A stretch of DNA of 64,000 nt, taken from contig JBNKCR010000034.1 of the NCBI GenBank assembly GCA_050287845.1, positions 1-64,000 of the forward strand, in the 5' to 3' direction. Source of the DNA: Polyangia bacterium (GTDB lineage Bacteria > Myxococcota_A > Polyangia > JAAYKL01). Shown piece by piece: positions 29,779 to 39,824 of this stretch (within the stretch, counting starts at the first letter, position 1; every line of letters starts with the position of its first letter). The position numbers were made by a program, and so were the translations under genes. Under the pieces are notes generated by a model. The model saw only the letters and a list, made by a program, of their open reading frames with translations, was not told the DNA's origin and searched no databases.

Positions 29779-30351
29779 TCAACAGATTTTTTTCAGCAGC
29801 CACGCCATGTTCTCTCCCAGCAGCTGCATGGTACGCATGCCTTCTTCGTCTTCGTTCACATCCCCGGGCGCCAGGCCAACTCCCATGTTCCAGTAGCATG
29901 ATCCGGGGACAATCATCTGGCCAATGAGAAAGAATTGATTGATGGTGTTGAACGCGTGCACGCTTCCGGCGCGACGGGCGGCCACAACAGCGGCGCCGAG
30001 TTTCCGGTGGAACAGATCGCCATTGGCTTTGGCAACGATGCCGGCCCGATCGATGAGCGCTTTCACTTCGCTCGATACATCGGCAAAATAGGTGGGGGAG
30101 CCGATGATGATGGCGTCTGCGGAAATCATTTTTTCAACGCAATCGTTCAGATCGTCTGACACCGTGCATTTGCGGTTGACGGTTTCCTTACACTTGAAAC
30201 AGGCTTTGCAACCGCGAATTTTTTTATCGGACAGTTGCACCAGTTCTGTTTCAATGCCTTCTTCTTTCAGCACATCGAACACCCTGGAAATCAATTGGTT
30301 TGTATTGCCTTCGGGGCGCGGGCTGCCGTTGAATGCGACTACTTTGAGCAT
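29779..30351 (-). CDS. Iron-sulfur flavoprotein/flavodoxin-family protein
   Basis: NGSPR..GNT, CKACFKC......C, GSPTYF, LGENMAWLL. Confidence 0.9.
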   Translation of the reverse strand: MLKVVAFNGSPRPEGNTNQLISRVFDVLKEEGIETELVQLSDKKIRGCKACFKCKETVNRKCTVSDDLNDCVEKMISADAIIIGSPTYFADVSSEVKALIDRAGIVAKANGDLFHRKLGAAVVAARRAGSVHAFNTINQFFLIGQMIVPGSCYWNMGVGLAPGDVNEDEEGMRTMQLLGENMAWLLKKIC

Positions 30352-30525
30352 AATGAGCCTCCTTCATTGAATGTAGAATGGAAAATTATGAAATGTGCTT
30401 TCTATTGGTAACAGGATGAATATTCGAAGTCCAGCGTTTTGTCTGAACCGCATCCCTGGCGTCGATTGCCCCTTGAAAATGTAATTTTTTTTGCAACAAT
30501 GCTCGCTGCCGGTCGACCCGGGGCC

Positions 30526-31413
30526 ATGAAACAGATTCCATCAATTTTAATTATCATGGGCGCAGCGCTGGGCTGCATGGATGTGAACCTGCTCGACAAT
30601 ATGGTACTCCGCGACAATGATACGGACAGTTCCGAATTGAGCGGTGAGGTACAGACCATTTCCACCGGACCGCCGGCGGCAGATACGGACGACCTCTTTG
30701 CACCCGGGTTGGAGACCCGGTGTGTCGCCCCGGAAATGCAGTCCGATGGCGCATGTATATTGGAAGGGCCCGCATCGGTGCTTGTAAGAATTTCTACCGA
30801 TGAACTGGCGGTTCTGGATGTGGAAGCGAATATTGCAGTCCGGTTGAGTGACAACTGGGTTTTTGAACACGAAGTCATTCTCAGAAAAGGAAACGCGGCA
30901 CGAACCGATGTGATCGGGGTATCTGATGTCAATGGCAATCAGCAGACGCTTGTGGTTCAGGTGGGGGTTGTGATTAATCCGGCTGTCGTGATTACGGAAG
31001 TGATGGCGGATTGCGTGGGACCGGAGCCGGACTGCGAATATGTGAAAGTGACGAACGTGGGGACCGAAGATGCGGATTTGTCCGGGTGGATGATTGACGA
31101 CAACGGTGACCGGAATGGGGATATTATCGGCTCGGATGGCGAGGGAGTCATTCTTGGCGTCGGTACGACGGCGACGGTGGCCATGGACGGTTTTGAGACG
31201 TTGATGGATCCATTGATACCTCTCTCGTCGTCCATCGGCACTGGGGGATTGAAAAACAGTGCGTCTGAGACCATTCAGTTATATACTCCCGATGGGGTAT
31301 TGATTGATGAATACATCAACGAAAGAATGACGCCCAAAGAAGGGATACCGGTTGTCCGGCGTCACCGGTACCTGATGCGCGGTGCAACGGATCTCTGGTT
31401 CCAGCCCCGGTAA
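30526..31413 (+). CDS. Lamin-tail-domain lipoprotein
   Basis: ALGC lipobox; VVITEVMAD..EYVKVTN...DLSGW. Confidence 0.7.
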   Translation: MKQIPSILIIMGAALGCMDVNLLDNMVLRDNDTDSSELSGEVQTISTGPPAADTDDLFAPGLETRCVAPEMQSDGACILEGPASVLVRISTDELAVLDVEANIAVRLSDNWVFEHEVILRKGNAARTDVIGVSDVNGNQQTLVVQVGVVINPAVVITEVMADCVGPEPDCEYVKVTNVGTEDADLSGWMIDDNGDRNGDIIGSDGEGVILGVGTTATVAMDGFETLMDPLIPLSSSIGTGGLKNSASETIQLYTPDGVLIDEYINERMTPKEGIPVVRRHRYLMRGATDLWFQPR

Positions 31414-31776
31414 GGACAGTGGCAACTGCCCCTGTTTGCGTGATTTCTCAAGGGGTTTGCCCGGAAATAAATTTGATAATTCATGACGGCTTCCGCTGTG
31501 GAAGAGTCCCGCCGGGATTCAAAAATTGCTGCAATTTTGCAGAACGTACGAGACTGAATGTCAATGATGAGGTATTGTCTTTCATGGGTGTTCTCTCTGG
31601 TTGTATGTTTTTGCTTCAACAACAACAACTTTCATCTCGAAACACCTTTTTTATATACTGTTTTCCCTTTTAACTGAGATCTGCACCCATGAAAAAATGG
31701 TTGCACTCCGGTGCGGGTGGTGGGTACTGCAGTTACGCTGAAACTGAAATCAGCTTTAAATTGAAGGAGCGGTCTG

Positions 31777-33111
31777 ATGAGTAATTATTATTTCTTGTGT
31801 TTTTTACTGATGATGGCACTGGTCGGCGGATGCAATGATGGGGATTCTTCTTCCGGTTCTACTGATGGGGATGCGGATACGGATACGGATACGGATACGG
31901 ATACGGATACGGACACGGATACGGATACCGACACGGACTCGGATACGGATACGGACACGGACACGGACTCGGATCCAACGGTTTTCTATCCGGATGTGTG
32001 TGGGTATGAAGATGACGTGACGTTGCCGGGCGGGGCCGATGATGGGATGGTACTGGTACCGCCGGCGCACCCATATATCAACTATTTCGGTCGGGTGGAT
32101 TGCGCCAACCCGGATGCGCCCATTTTTGGCTTTCCCGGGGTATCGATACGTGCTCGATTTACCGGTACCGGCATTGATATGATAATGAACGACCACGGTG
32201 CCGGTGGCAGTGCTGATTATTTTTCAGTTGTGATTGACGATGGGGAGCCCGATCGACTGGAGATGTCGGTGGGGGAGACCACGTATGAGCTGGCGCGGGG
32301 GCTGAGTGGCGGCGAGCATGTGGTGGAAGTGTTCAAGGGCAACGAAAGCTCCAATGGCAACGGTATTGCGGAGTTTATGGGATTTCGTATTGACGAGGGC
32401 GAAGAATTGCTGGAACTGGCGCCGCGGCCTCATCGCATTGAGTTTATCGGTGATTCCATTACTTGTGGATACGGGAATCAAGTTTCGGTGGCCGACCCCA
32501 GTGACTACTCATACACGACCGAAAATTCCAATGAATACGATGCCTGGGGCGCCATTGCCGCGCGGACCCTGAAGGCGGAACTCTCGGTGGTATGCATTTC
32601 CGGCCGCGGGGTGTATCGCAATTATTCGGGGGGGAGTGGCACAGTGATGCCGGACGTATATGAGATGACGCTGCCGGACTATTCGGCAAACACGCCATGG
32701 GATACCGCGCGGTTTACCCCGGAAGTGGTGGTGGTGAATCTGGGAACGAACGATTTTTCTCCGGGAATCGAGGATAGTGAACTTGACGCGGCTCGGGAGA
32801 AATATGAATCGGAAATGGGAGATTTTGTGGGGACGCTGCGAGGATATTATCCGGATGCGGCCATTATACTTGCTGTGGGCCCCATGCTGTCGGATTTCTA
32901 CCCGGAGGGGTATGATGCGTATACATCTGTCATCAATGCGCTGGAAAATGTCGTGGATGACCGCGGTACCAGCGGGGATGCCAATGTGTATTTCCTTCAG
33001 ATGCAGCCCCAATCCGCGCCATACGGGGAGGATTGGCATCCCACCATCGCCACCCACACCGCCATGGCGGAGGATTTGGTATCTCTCATCAGCGACAATG
33101 ATCTGATGTAG
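31777..33111 (+). CDS. CE2-like SGNH acetyl esterase lipoprotein (copy A)
   Basis: VGGC lipobox, DT repeat, beta-sheet N domain, [24 protein letters not shown]. Confidence 0.88.
   Translation: MSNYYFLCFLLMMALVGGCNDGDSSSGSTDGDADTDTDTDTDTDTDTDTDTDTDSDTDTDTDTDSDPTVFYPDVCGYEDDVTLPGGADDGMVLVPPAHPYINYFGRVDCANPDAPIFGFPGVSIRARFTGTGIDMIMNDHGAGGSADYFSVVIDDGEPDRLEMSVGETTYELARGLSGGEHVVEVFKGNESSNGNGIAEFMGFRIDEGEELLELAPRPHRIEFIGDSITCGYGNQVSVADPSDYSYTTENSNEYDAWGAIAARTLKAELSVVCISGRGVYRNYSGGSGTVMPDVYEMTLPDYSANTPWDTARFTPEVVVVNLGTNDFSPGIEDSELDAAREKYESEMGDFVGTLRGYYPDAAIILAVGPMLSDFYPEGYDAYTSVINALENVVDDRGTSGDANVYFLQMQPQSAPYGEDWHPTIATHTAMAEDLVSLISDNDLM
31876..31974 (+). repeat. Coding hexamer repeat (Asp-Thr)
   Basis: gatacg/gacacg array. 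Confidence 0.95.
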
Positions 33112-33251
33112 TGTCTGGTGGCTCCTCTAAATAGGAGAGCATCAATGCAGATCACTTCGTCTGGATTCCCTCCTTCGAGGAATGATGTTATTTTTAAGGG
33201 TACTGGATTATCGTTTTTTGAGATTTTTTCCAGAATGCAGGGAGAACAGGA

Positions 33252-34751
33252 ATGGTAACGAAACACATTTTAATTCTGATTTTGGCTGCTGCGCTCATGG
33301 CTTTCCAGGCTTGTGGCGAAGGGACAGGCGAATCCGGAAGTAGCAGTGACTCGGATTCGGATTCAGATACGGACACGGATTCAGATACCGATACCGACAC
33401 CGACACCGACACGGATATGGACAGCGACACGGACACGGACACGGATATGGATACGGATACGGACTCGGATACGGACACGGACACGGACACGGACACGGAT
33501 ATGGATACTGACTCGGACACGGACACGGACACGGATACGGATACGGACTCGGATACGGACACGGACACGGATACGGATACGGATACGGATACGGATACGG
33601 ACTCGGACTCGGATCCACCGGTTTTCTATCCGGATGTGTGTGGGTATGAAGATGACGTGACGTTGCCGGGCGGGGCCGGTGATGGGATGGTGCTGGTACC
33701 GCCGGCGCACCCATATATCAACTATTTCGGTCGGGTGGATTGCGCCAACCCGGATGCGCCCATTTTTGGCTTTCCCGGTGTATCGATACGTGCTCGATTT
33801 ACCGGAACCGGCATTGATATGATAATGAACGACCACGGTGCCGGTGGCAGTGCTGATTATTTTTCGGTTGTGATTGACGATGGGGAGCCCGATCGACTGG
33901 AGATGTCGGTGGGGGAGACCACGTATGAGCTGGCGCGGGGGCTGAGTGGCGGCGAGCATGTGGTGGAAGTGTTCAAGGGTAACGAAAGCTCCAATGGCAA
34001 CGGTATTGCGGAGTTCATGGGATTTCGTATTGACGAGGGCGAAGAACTGCTGGAACTGGCGCCGCGGCCGCATCGCATTGAGTTTGTCGGTGATTCCATC
34101 ACTTGTGGATACGGGAATGAAATTTCGTTGGCCGACCCCAGCGGTCACTCGTACACGACCGAAAATTCCAATGAATACGATGCCTGGGGCGCCATTGCCG
34201 CGCGGACCCTGAAGGCGGAACTCTCGGTGGTATGCATTTCCGGCCGCGGGGTGTATCGCAATTATTCAGGGGGGAGTGGCACAGTGATGCCGGACGTATA
34301 TGAGATGACGCTGCCGGACTATTCGGCAAACACGCCATGGGATACCGCGCGGTTTACCCCGGAAGTGGTGGTGGTGAATCTGGGAACGAACGATTTCTCT
34401 CCGGGAATCGCGGATAGTGAAATTGGCGCGGCTCGGGAGAGATATGAATCGGAAATGGGAGATTTTGTGGGGACGCTGCGAGGATATTATCCGGATGCGG
34501 CTATTGTACTCGCTGTGGGCCCCATGCTGTCGGATTCCTACCCGGCGGGATATGAAGCGTATACATCTGTCATCAATGCGCTGGAAAATATCGTGGATGA
34601 CCGCAGTACCAGCGGGGATGCCAATGTGTACGTCCTGAAGATTCCGCCCCAGTCCGGTCCCTACGGCGAGGACTGGCATCCCACCATCGCCACCCACACC
34701 GCCATGGCGGAGGATTTGGTATCCCTCATCAGCGACAATGATCTGATGTAG
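33252..34751 (+). CDS. CE2-like SGNH acetyl esterase lipoprotein (copy B, chimeric N-terminus)
   Basis: Catalytic region near-identical to copy A; signal peptide near-identical to the gene at 35205. Confidence 0.88.
   Translation: MVTKHILILILAAALMAFQACGEGTGESGSSSDSDSDSDTDTDSDTDTDTDTDTDMDSDTDTDTDMDTDTDSDTDTDTDTDTDMDTDSDTDTDTDTDTDSDTDTDTDTDTDTDTDTDSDSDPPVFYPDVCGYEDDVTLPGGAGDGMVLVPPAHPYINYFGRVDCANPDAPIFGFPGVSIRARFTGTGIDMIMNDHGAGGSADYFSVVIDDGEPDRLEMSVGETTYELARGLSGGEHVVEVFKGNESSNGNGIAEFMGFRIDEGEELLELAPRPHRIEFVGDSITCGYGNEISLADPSGHSYTTENSNEYDAWGAIAARTLKAELSVVCISGRGVYRNYSGGSGTVMPDVYEMTLPDYSANTPWDTARFTPEVVVVNLGTNDFSPGIADSEIGAARERYESEMGDFVGTLRGYYPDAAIVLAVGPMLSDSYPAGYEAYTSVINALENIVDDRSTSGDANVYVLKIPPQSGPYGEDWHPTIATHTAMAEDLVSLISDNDLM
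33348..33614 (+). repeat. Coding hexamer repeat (Asp-Thr/Ser)
   Basis: gacacg/gatacg/gactcg array. Confidence 0.95.
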
Positions 34752-34769
34752 GCCCCATTGGGGCGGTAG

Positions 34770-34989
34770 CAGCGAGAAATCCTGACCGCGCCCCTTGTGT
34801 GCGCGGCAGTAGATGAACGATCCATCAGCGAGAAATCCTGACCGCGCCCCTTGTGTGCGCGGCAAGTAGATGAGCGATCCATCAGCGAGAAATCCTGACC
34901 GCGCCCCTTGCGTGCGCGGCAAGTAGATGAGCGATCCATCAGCGAGAAATCCTGACCGCGCCCCTTGTGTGCGCGGCAAGTAGATGAGC
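34770..34989. repeat. 56-57-bp intergenic tandem repeat, about 3.9 copies, each with a hairpin
   Basis: Units start at 34770, 34826, 34883, 34940; ccgcgc-N9-gcgcgg stem; no unique spacers. Confidence 0.92.
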
Positions 34990-35204
34990 AGCCTGAAGTC
35001 AGTTCGTATCGTCAGGTGATTTTATTAATCTGCTACGACGTTGTATTCAGAACAACTAAAATAGCTTCCGGTTCTTAATAAGAGTGCAGACCTTCCGGGA
35101 TTTTTTTAAAAACGAAATATGATGTTTTTTTTCTTTTCTTCGTGTTTCAGGGTACTGGATTATCGTTTTTTTGAGATCTTTTCCAGAATACAGGGAGAAC
35201 AGGA

Positions 35205-36182
35205 ATGGGAACGAAACACATTTTAAATCTGATTTTGGCTGTTGCGCTCATGACTTTCCAGGCTTGTGGCGAAGGGACAGGCGAATCCGGAAATAGCAGT
35301 GACTCGGATTCGGATTCAGATACGGACAGTGATTCGGATACGGACTCGGATTCGGACACCGACAGCGACACGGATTCAGATACGGACACGGATTCAGATA
35401 CCGACACCGACACCGACTCAGATACGGACAGTGATACCGATACGGACAGTGATACCGATACGGACACCGATACGGATACCGATACGGATACCGATACGGA
35501 CACTGACACGGACACCGACACGGACACCGACACGGAGCCGGTGGGATTCAACCCATGCCCCACCGACGGTTCGGACTGCAAGGTCATGCCCGTGGGAGAT
35601 TCAATCACGTATGGCGTCGGATCTACCGATGGTGGCGCCTATCGAACGCAACTTTTCAGAAATTGCCTGACAGACGGCAAAAATATGACGTTTGTCGGTC
35701 GGGGAAGTGATGGTCCCAATGAAGTGGATGGTACACCGTTCCCCAAAAATCACGAAGGGTACAGTGGTATTTCGGTTGATGAGTTCATTGCGCAGCAGGT
35801 GGATGGGGCGTTGAATGCCAATATTCCTCATATTTTTTTGGTTCATCTGGGTACAAATGATATCACGTGGAAGGGCGCAGAGGGCGTTTCTGACGAAATG
35901 TCGTCATTAATTGATATATTAACCGAGAAAGCGCCGGATGCCCTTGTGGCGGTGGCCCAGATAATTCCCTTTGAGTACACAGATCAAAATCGAGAGAATT
36001 ACAATAACGATATTCCAGAAATTGTCGCCGAGAAAGTAAACCAGGGAAAACATGTGATAGTGGTTGATTTAAGTTCTGAATATCCAGCCAATGCATTCAG
36101 TGGCAATGTTCATCCGAACGATGATGGCTATGTGTTCATGGGGAATAAATGGTACGAAGCCATTAAAGACTACCTGCCGTAA
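35205..36182 (+). CDS. CE3-like SGNH hydrolase lipoprotein
   Basis: FQAC lipobox, DS/DT repeat, VMPVGDSITYG, HEGYSG, HLGTND, VHPN. Confidence 0.85.
   Translation: MGTKHILNLILAVALMTFQACGEGTGESGNSSDSDSDSDTDSDSDTDSDSDTDSDTDSDTDTDSDTDTDTDSDTDSDTDTDSDTDTDTDTDTDTDTDTDTDTDTDTDTDTEPVGFNPCPTDGSDCKVMPVGDSITYGVGSTDGGAYRTQLFRNCLTDGKNMTFVGRGSDGPNEVDGTPFPKNHEGYSGISVDEFIAQQVDGALNANIPHIFLVHLGTNDITWKGAEGVSDEMSSLIDILTEKAPDALVAVAQIIPFEYTDQNRENYNNDIPEIVAEKVNQGKHVIVVDLSSEYPANAFSGNVHPNDDGYVFMGNKWYEAIKDYLP
35301..35534 (+). repeat. Coding hexamer repeat (Asp-Ser/Thr)
   Basis: Read directly. Confidence 0.95.
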
Positions 36183-36233
36183 CTGTTTTTTTGGGGGGAT
36201 GACCACCGGCTGCCATCCTGTTGGGGGCTGAAT

Positions 36234-36260
36234 CCGCTTTTTTTACCCTGATAAAAGCGG
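36234..36260. terminator. Possible terminator hairpin between convergent genes
   Basis: ccgctttt...aaaagcgg inverted repeat. Confidence 0.4.
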
Positions 36261-36416
36261 TATTGGCTCGGTGACGGATCATCTTTTTATGGATAAAAGA
36301 ATACGATGGAATGCAGACATGATGCATAAATGACTTGGGCGGTATCGCGAAATGAATAATTACTCAAGAAATGGATATCCGTTCCGATTTTATTTCTGGA
36401 AGCGAACATTTGATGT

Positions 36417-37769
36417 TCACGATAGCCAGCTGTCCCGTCGGGCCATTTTGGGCAGCATTTCCGTTCCGTTGCGTTCCTCTATTTTTACAAATGGCTTGCT
36501 GGCTTCACCGATGTAGATTTGTCTGGGACGCACGATTTTCTGTTCGTGGTCGTCCATCATTTCAAGCCAGTGGGCAATCCATCCCGGCAGGCGCCCCAGG
36601 GCAAACATTACGGTGAACATGTTTTTTGGAATCCCCATGGCCCGGTAGGCAATACCCGTATAGAAATCCACATTGGGATATAGATTTTTTCCGATAAAAT
36701 AGTCATCGGCAAGGGCGAGCTCTTCCAGTTCCATGGCGATGTCCAGCAGTGGATCATCATTCATCCCAAGGTGTTCCAGCAATTCAACGCAGGATTGTTT
36801 GGCCAACCTGGCCCGTGGGTCATATGTCTTGTATATCCGGTGGCCAAATCCCATCAGACGGAGTTTGGAGTCTTTGCGCCTGGCCGCTTCAATCACCTCG
36901 GACGGTTTCATTCCTCCCTCGTGAATTTTTTCAAGCATTTCAATCACCGCCTGATTGGCACCGCCGTGCAATGGACCCCACAATGCGCACACGCCCGCCG
37001 CGATGGATGCATATAAATTGGCTCCGGAACTGCCGACCGCTCTGGCCACGGTGGTCGAACAATTCTGTTCGTGATCTGCGTGGAGTATTAAAAACAGATT
37101 GAGCACTCTTTCAATCACCGGATCGATTTTGTAGTTGTTTACTGGTGATTTGAACATCATGTTCAAAAAATTTTCACAGTATCGGTACTTCCATGAGGGA
37201 TGAACCACTGGTTCACCAATCGATTTCTTGTAAGAGAACGCGGCGATGGTGCGCATCTTTGACATCAGTCGGGTCACCATCATATGAATCGATTCACTCT
37301 CGTCTTCGATTTCGGGGTAAAAAGTGGATAGTGACACAACCATCGCTGACAGAACGGCCATGGGATGCGCGTGTTCGGGGTAGTTGGAAAAGAAATGCAG
37401 CATATCTTCGTGCAGCATGGAGTGTCGGTTCAATGATTGTGAAAACGCCTGTCGTTGCTCCAGGTCCGGCAGTCTGCCGAAAATAAGCAGGTACGCCACC
37501 TCAATAAAAGTGCAGTTGGCTGCCAGTTCTTCAATTTTGTAACCGCGGTGCAGTAGAATTCCCTTTTCGCCATCGACAAATGTAATATCGCTCGATGCGA
37601 TGGCTGTATTGCCGAACCCCGGATCGTAGGTCACGTAACCGGTTTTCTGGCGAAGCGTCGAAATGTCAATACAATGCTCATCAAGATCGCCATGGTACAC
37701 ATCGAGATGGAGTACTTTGTCTGCCAGTTTCAGTTCTGCGGTTCCATTTTTTTTCATGTCCTCTTTCAC
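36417..37769 (-). CDS. gltA: Citrate synthase (type II)
   Basis: HADHEQNCST, GPLHGGAN, GFGHRIYK..DPRA, YPNVDFY; start may be 37757. Confidence 0.96.
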   Translation of the reverse strand: MKEDMKKNGTAELKLADKVLHLDVYHGDLDEHCIDISTLRQKTGYVTYDPGFGNTAIASSDITFVDGEKGILLHRGYKIEELAANCTFIEVAYLLIFGRLPDLEQRQAFSQSLNRHSMLHEDMLHFFSNYPEHAHPMAVLSAMVVSLSTFYPEIEDESESIHMMVTRLMSKMRTIAAFSYKKSIGEPVVHPSWKYRYCENFLNMMFKSPVNNYKIDPVIERVLNLFLILHADHEQNCSTTVARAVGSSGANLYASIAAGVCALWGPLHGGANQAVIEMLEKIHEGGMKPSEVIEAARRKDSKLRLMGFGHRIYKTYDPRARLAKQSCVELLEHLGMNDDPLLDIAMELEELALADDYFIGKNLYPNVDFYTGIAYRAMGIPKNMFTVMFALGRLPGWIAHWLEMMDDHEQKIVRPRQIYIGEASKPFVKIEERNGTEMLPKMARRDSWLS

Positions 37770-38246
37770 GGTTCGTCTCCTTCACTCACAGTTGCCGGCC
37801 GAAGTTGACCGCTCGCATACTTTCTTTTCAAACCAGTCGCCGCGCTAGAACGTTGAGTTACCTTTCATGAATATATGGTAGGTCCGTTTTCTCGAAATTC
37901 CACCCGTGGACGGGAAAATCTCGACTTTCTCAGTGCCCGATAACTCGCCATTGGGGGTACTCCGGAGACAGGTCGCCATTCGTGCATCTTGGGTGTGGCG
38001 CGTAATGCGAGGCTACCGCGAATCCTCTGGATCACAATGGAAAAAACAATAGTGCAGCCGTCCACTGTGTTTACCGGTGTCACTTTTTCTTGTTGACGCC
38101 AATTTTCGCCCTATATTAATCGAAGTCATAAAAATATGGAGTTGTTGGCGCTATGGCGGTTCTGCTGTGAAAATGCTGCAGTACAAGCTGTGGGTCGACA
38201 CTGGAAAATGTTGCCTCCGGCGGGGGTCACTGTTCAGGTTTTACAT

Positions 38247-39824
38247 ATGTCGAGGGATTCAAAAGACTACAGCTACGATGTGTTTATCAGCTATGCCCAC
38301 CTCGATGATCAACCCCTTGTGCCGGGGGAAATGGGCTGGGTGAGCAAGCTTCACGAAGTGTTGTCCATTCGACTTTCCATGCTGACCGGTAAAAAGGTCA
38401 ATATCTGGCGTGACAGGCGGCTTCGAAAAAACGAATTCTTTGACGACACCATTGGGGACGCGGTCTGCGCCACCCGGCTGTTTCTGGCGGTGGTCACTCC
38501 GCTGTATATCCGTTCGGAATATTGTCAGCGGGAACTGACCGAGTTTGCGCAGCATAATGATACACGCACCAGCAATCGATCGCGAATCTTCAAGGTGCTG
38601 AAAACCCCGGTACCTGTTTCCGCGCATCCTTTGTCCATGCAGGATATTCTCGGATACGAGTTTTATCACTACGACGATGAAACCGGACATGCCCATGAAT
38701 TCAGTGTGGATTCCAGAACGGACCGGGAGGCGTATCTATGTCGTCTGGATGATTTGGCCCAGGAAATTCAGGAGTGCCTGTCGTTGATGGTCCAGGAGAG
38801 CGCCGGCACCTCGGGCAGGTTGGCGCCGGCGGGGGTATCGGAGGAATCGTTGGAGAGTGATAGCCATCCGCAATTGCTATTCAAGGAATCCGTGTATGTT
38901 TGCGCAACCAGTTCGGATGTTCGCAGCTCCCACGATCAGGTTCGAAGAGAGCTACTGGAGCGGGGATACTCCGTCATTCCCGACCAGCCATTCATTCTGG
39001 AATCCAACAGCTTTGAAACCAATGTTCGAGAGGCCATGAAACAGGCGGCGTTGTCGGTGCATCTTATTGGTGAGCGATACGGCATTATTCCAGAAGACGG
39101 CGATCAATCGATTGTGGAAATTCAGAACCGGGTGGCGTCTGAAGTCTCCAGAGAGACGGGACTCGAGCGGATTATCTGGATTCCGGAGAACGTGGCGCCA
39201 ACGGATGGCCGTCAGATGCATTTCATCGAGTCCCTGATGCGGGACCCGGCCGCGCAGTTCAATGCCGATGTGGTGGTGGGGACCGTGGAGGACCTGAAGG
39301 GCGACATCATTGAAAAAATTGAAGAAATTGCCGTGCGGAAAAATCAATATTACAGAAGCGCGGGCAAGGCCCACAGCGTTCCTCCCATGTCGAATCGACC
39401 CCCATCCTGGGTGTATCTGATTAAGGGACCATACGATGGTGGGGAGGTGGACACTCTGGAAGATTGCCTGTGGAACGCCGGGATGGAGGTGTTGACCCTC
39501 GCTTTCGACGAAGAAATGAATGAGCAGGAGTTGAACGAAGCGCACCAGATGAATCTCCGTCAGGCAGACCTGTGTATGGTGTATTACGGAGAGAGTCCGG
39601 AGCGGTGGGTACGCAAACAACTGAGCGATATTCGGAAATCCGGTGGGTTTCAACGGGAGAAACGGATTCTGCCTTCGGCAGTATACATCGGTCGCTCGGC
39701 AGATGCGCAGCAGAAAAAATTCCGTTCCAACAGCGCCACTGTGATTTGGCCCAACGGCGCCGAAACAGCAGAAGCAGTGAAATCATTTTTAACTGTGCTT
39801 GAAGAAAGTCGGTGTGCCTCATGA
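38247..39824 (+). CDS. TIR domain protein with two further TIR-like/DUF4062-like domains
   Basis: YDVFISYAH, IWRD, SEYCQREL (catalytic-position Glu); SVHLIGERYG (DUF4062-like); third alpha/beta unit with MVYYG..W. Confidence 0.8.
   Translation: MSRDSKDYSYDVFISYAHLDDQPLVPGEMGWVSKLHEVLSIRLSMLTGKKVNIWRDRRLRKNEFFDDTIGDAVCATRLFLAVVTPLYIRSEYCQRELTEFAQHNDTRTSNRSRIFKVLKTPVPVSAHPLSMQDILGYEFYHYDDETGHAHEFSVDSRTDREAYLCRLDDLAQEIQECLSLMVQESAGTSGRLAPAGVSEESLESDSHPQLLFKESVYVCATSSDVRSSHDQVRRELLERGYSVIPDQPFILESNSFETNVREAMKQAALSVHLIGERYGIIPEDGDQSIVEIQNRVASEVSRETGLERIIWIPENVAPTDGRQMHFIESLMRDPAAQFNADVVVGTVEDLKGDIIEKIEEIAVRKNQYYRSAGKAHSVPPMSNRPPSWVYLIKGPYDGGEVDTLEDCLWNAGMEVLTLAFDEEMNEQELNEAHQMNLRQADLCMVYYGESPERWVRKQLSDIRKSGGFQREKRILPSAVYIGRSADAQQKKFRSNSATVIWPNGAETAEAVKSFLTVLEESRCAS

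Noticed and set aside
34770..34989. Possible CRISPR array
   Set aside because: Units repeat end to end with no unique spacers, and there are no cas genes in the window
37800..38240. Long gltA-TIR intergenic region as an ncRNA
   Set aside because: No recognisable RNA family motif or convincing structure by eye; an Rfam scan would be needed
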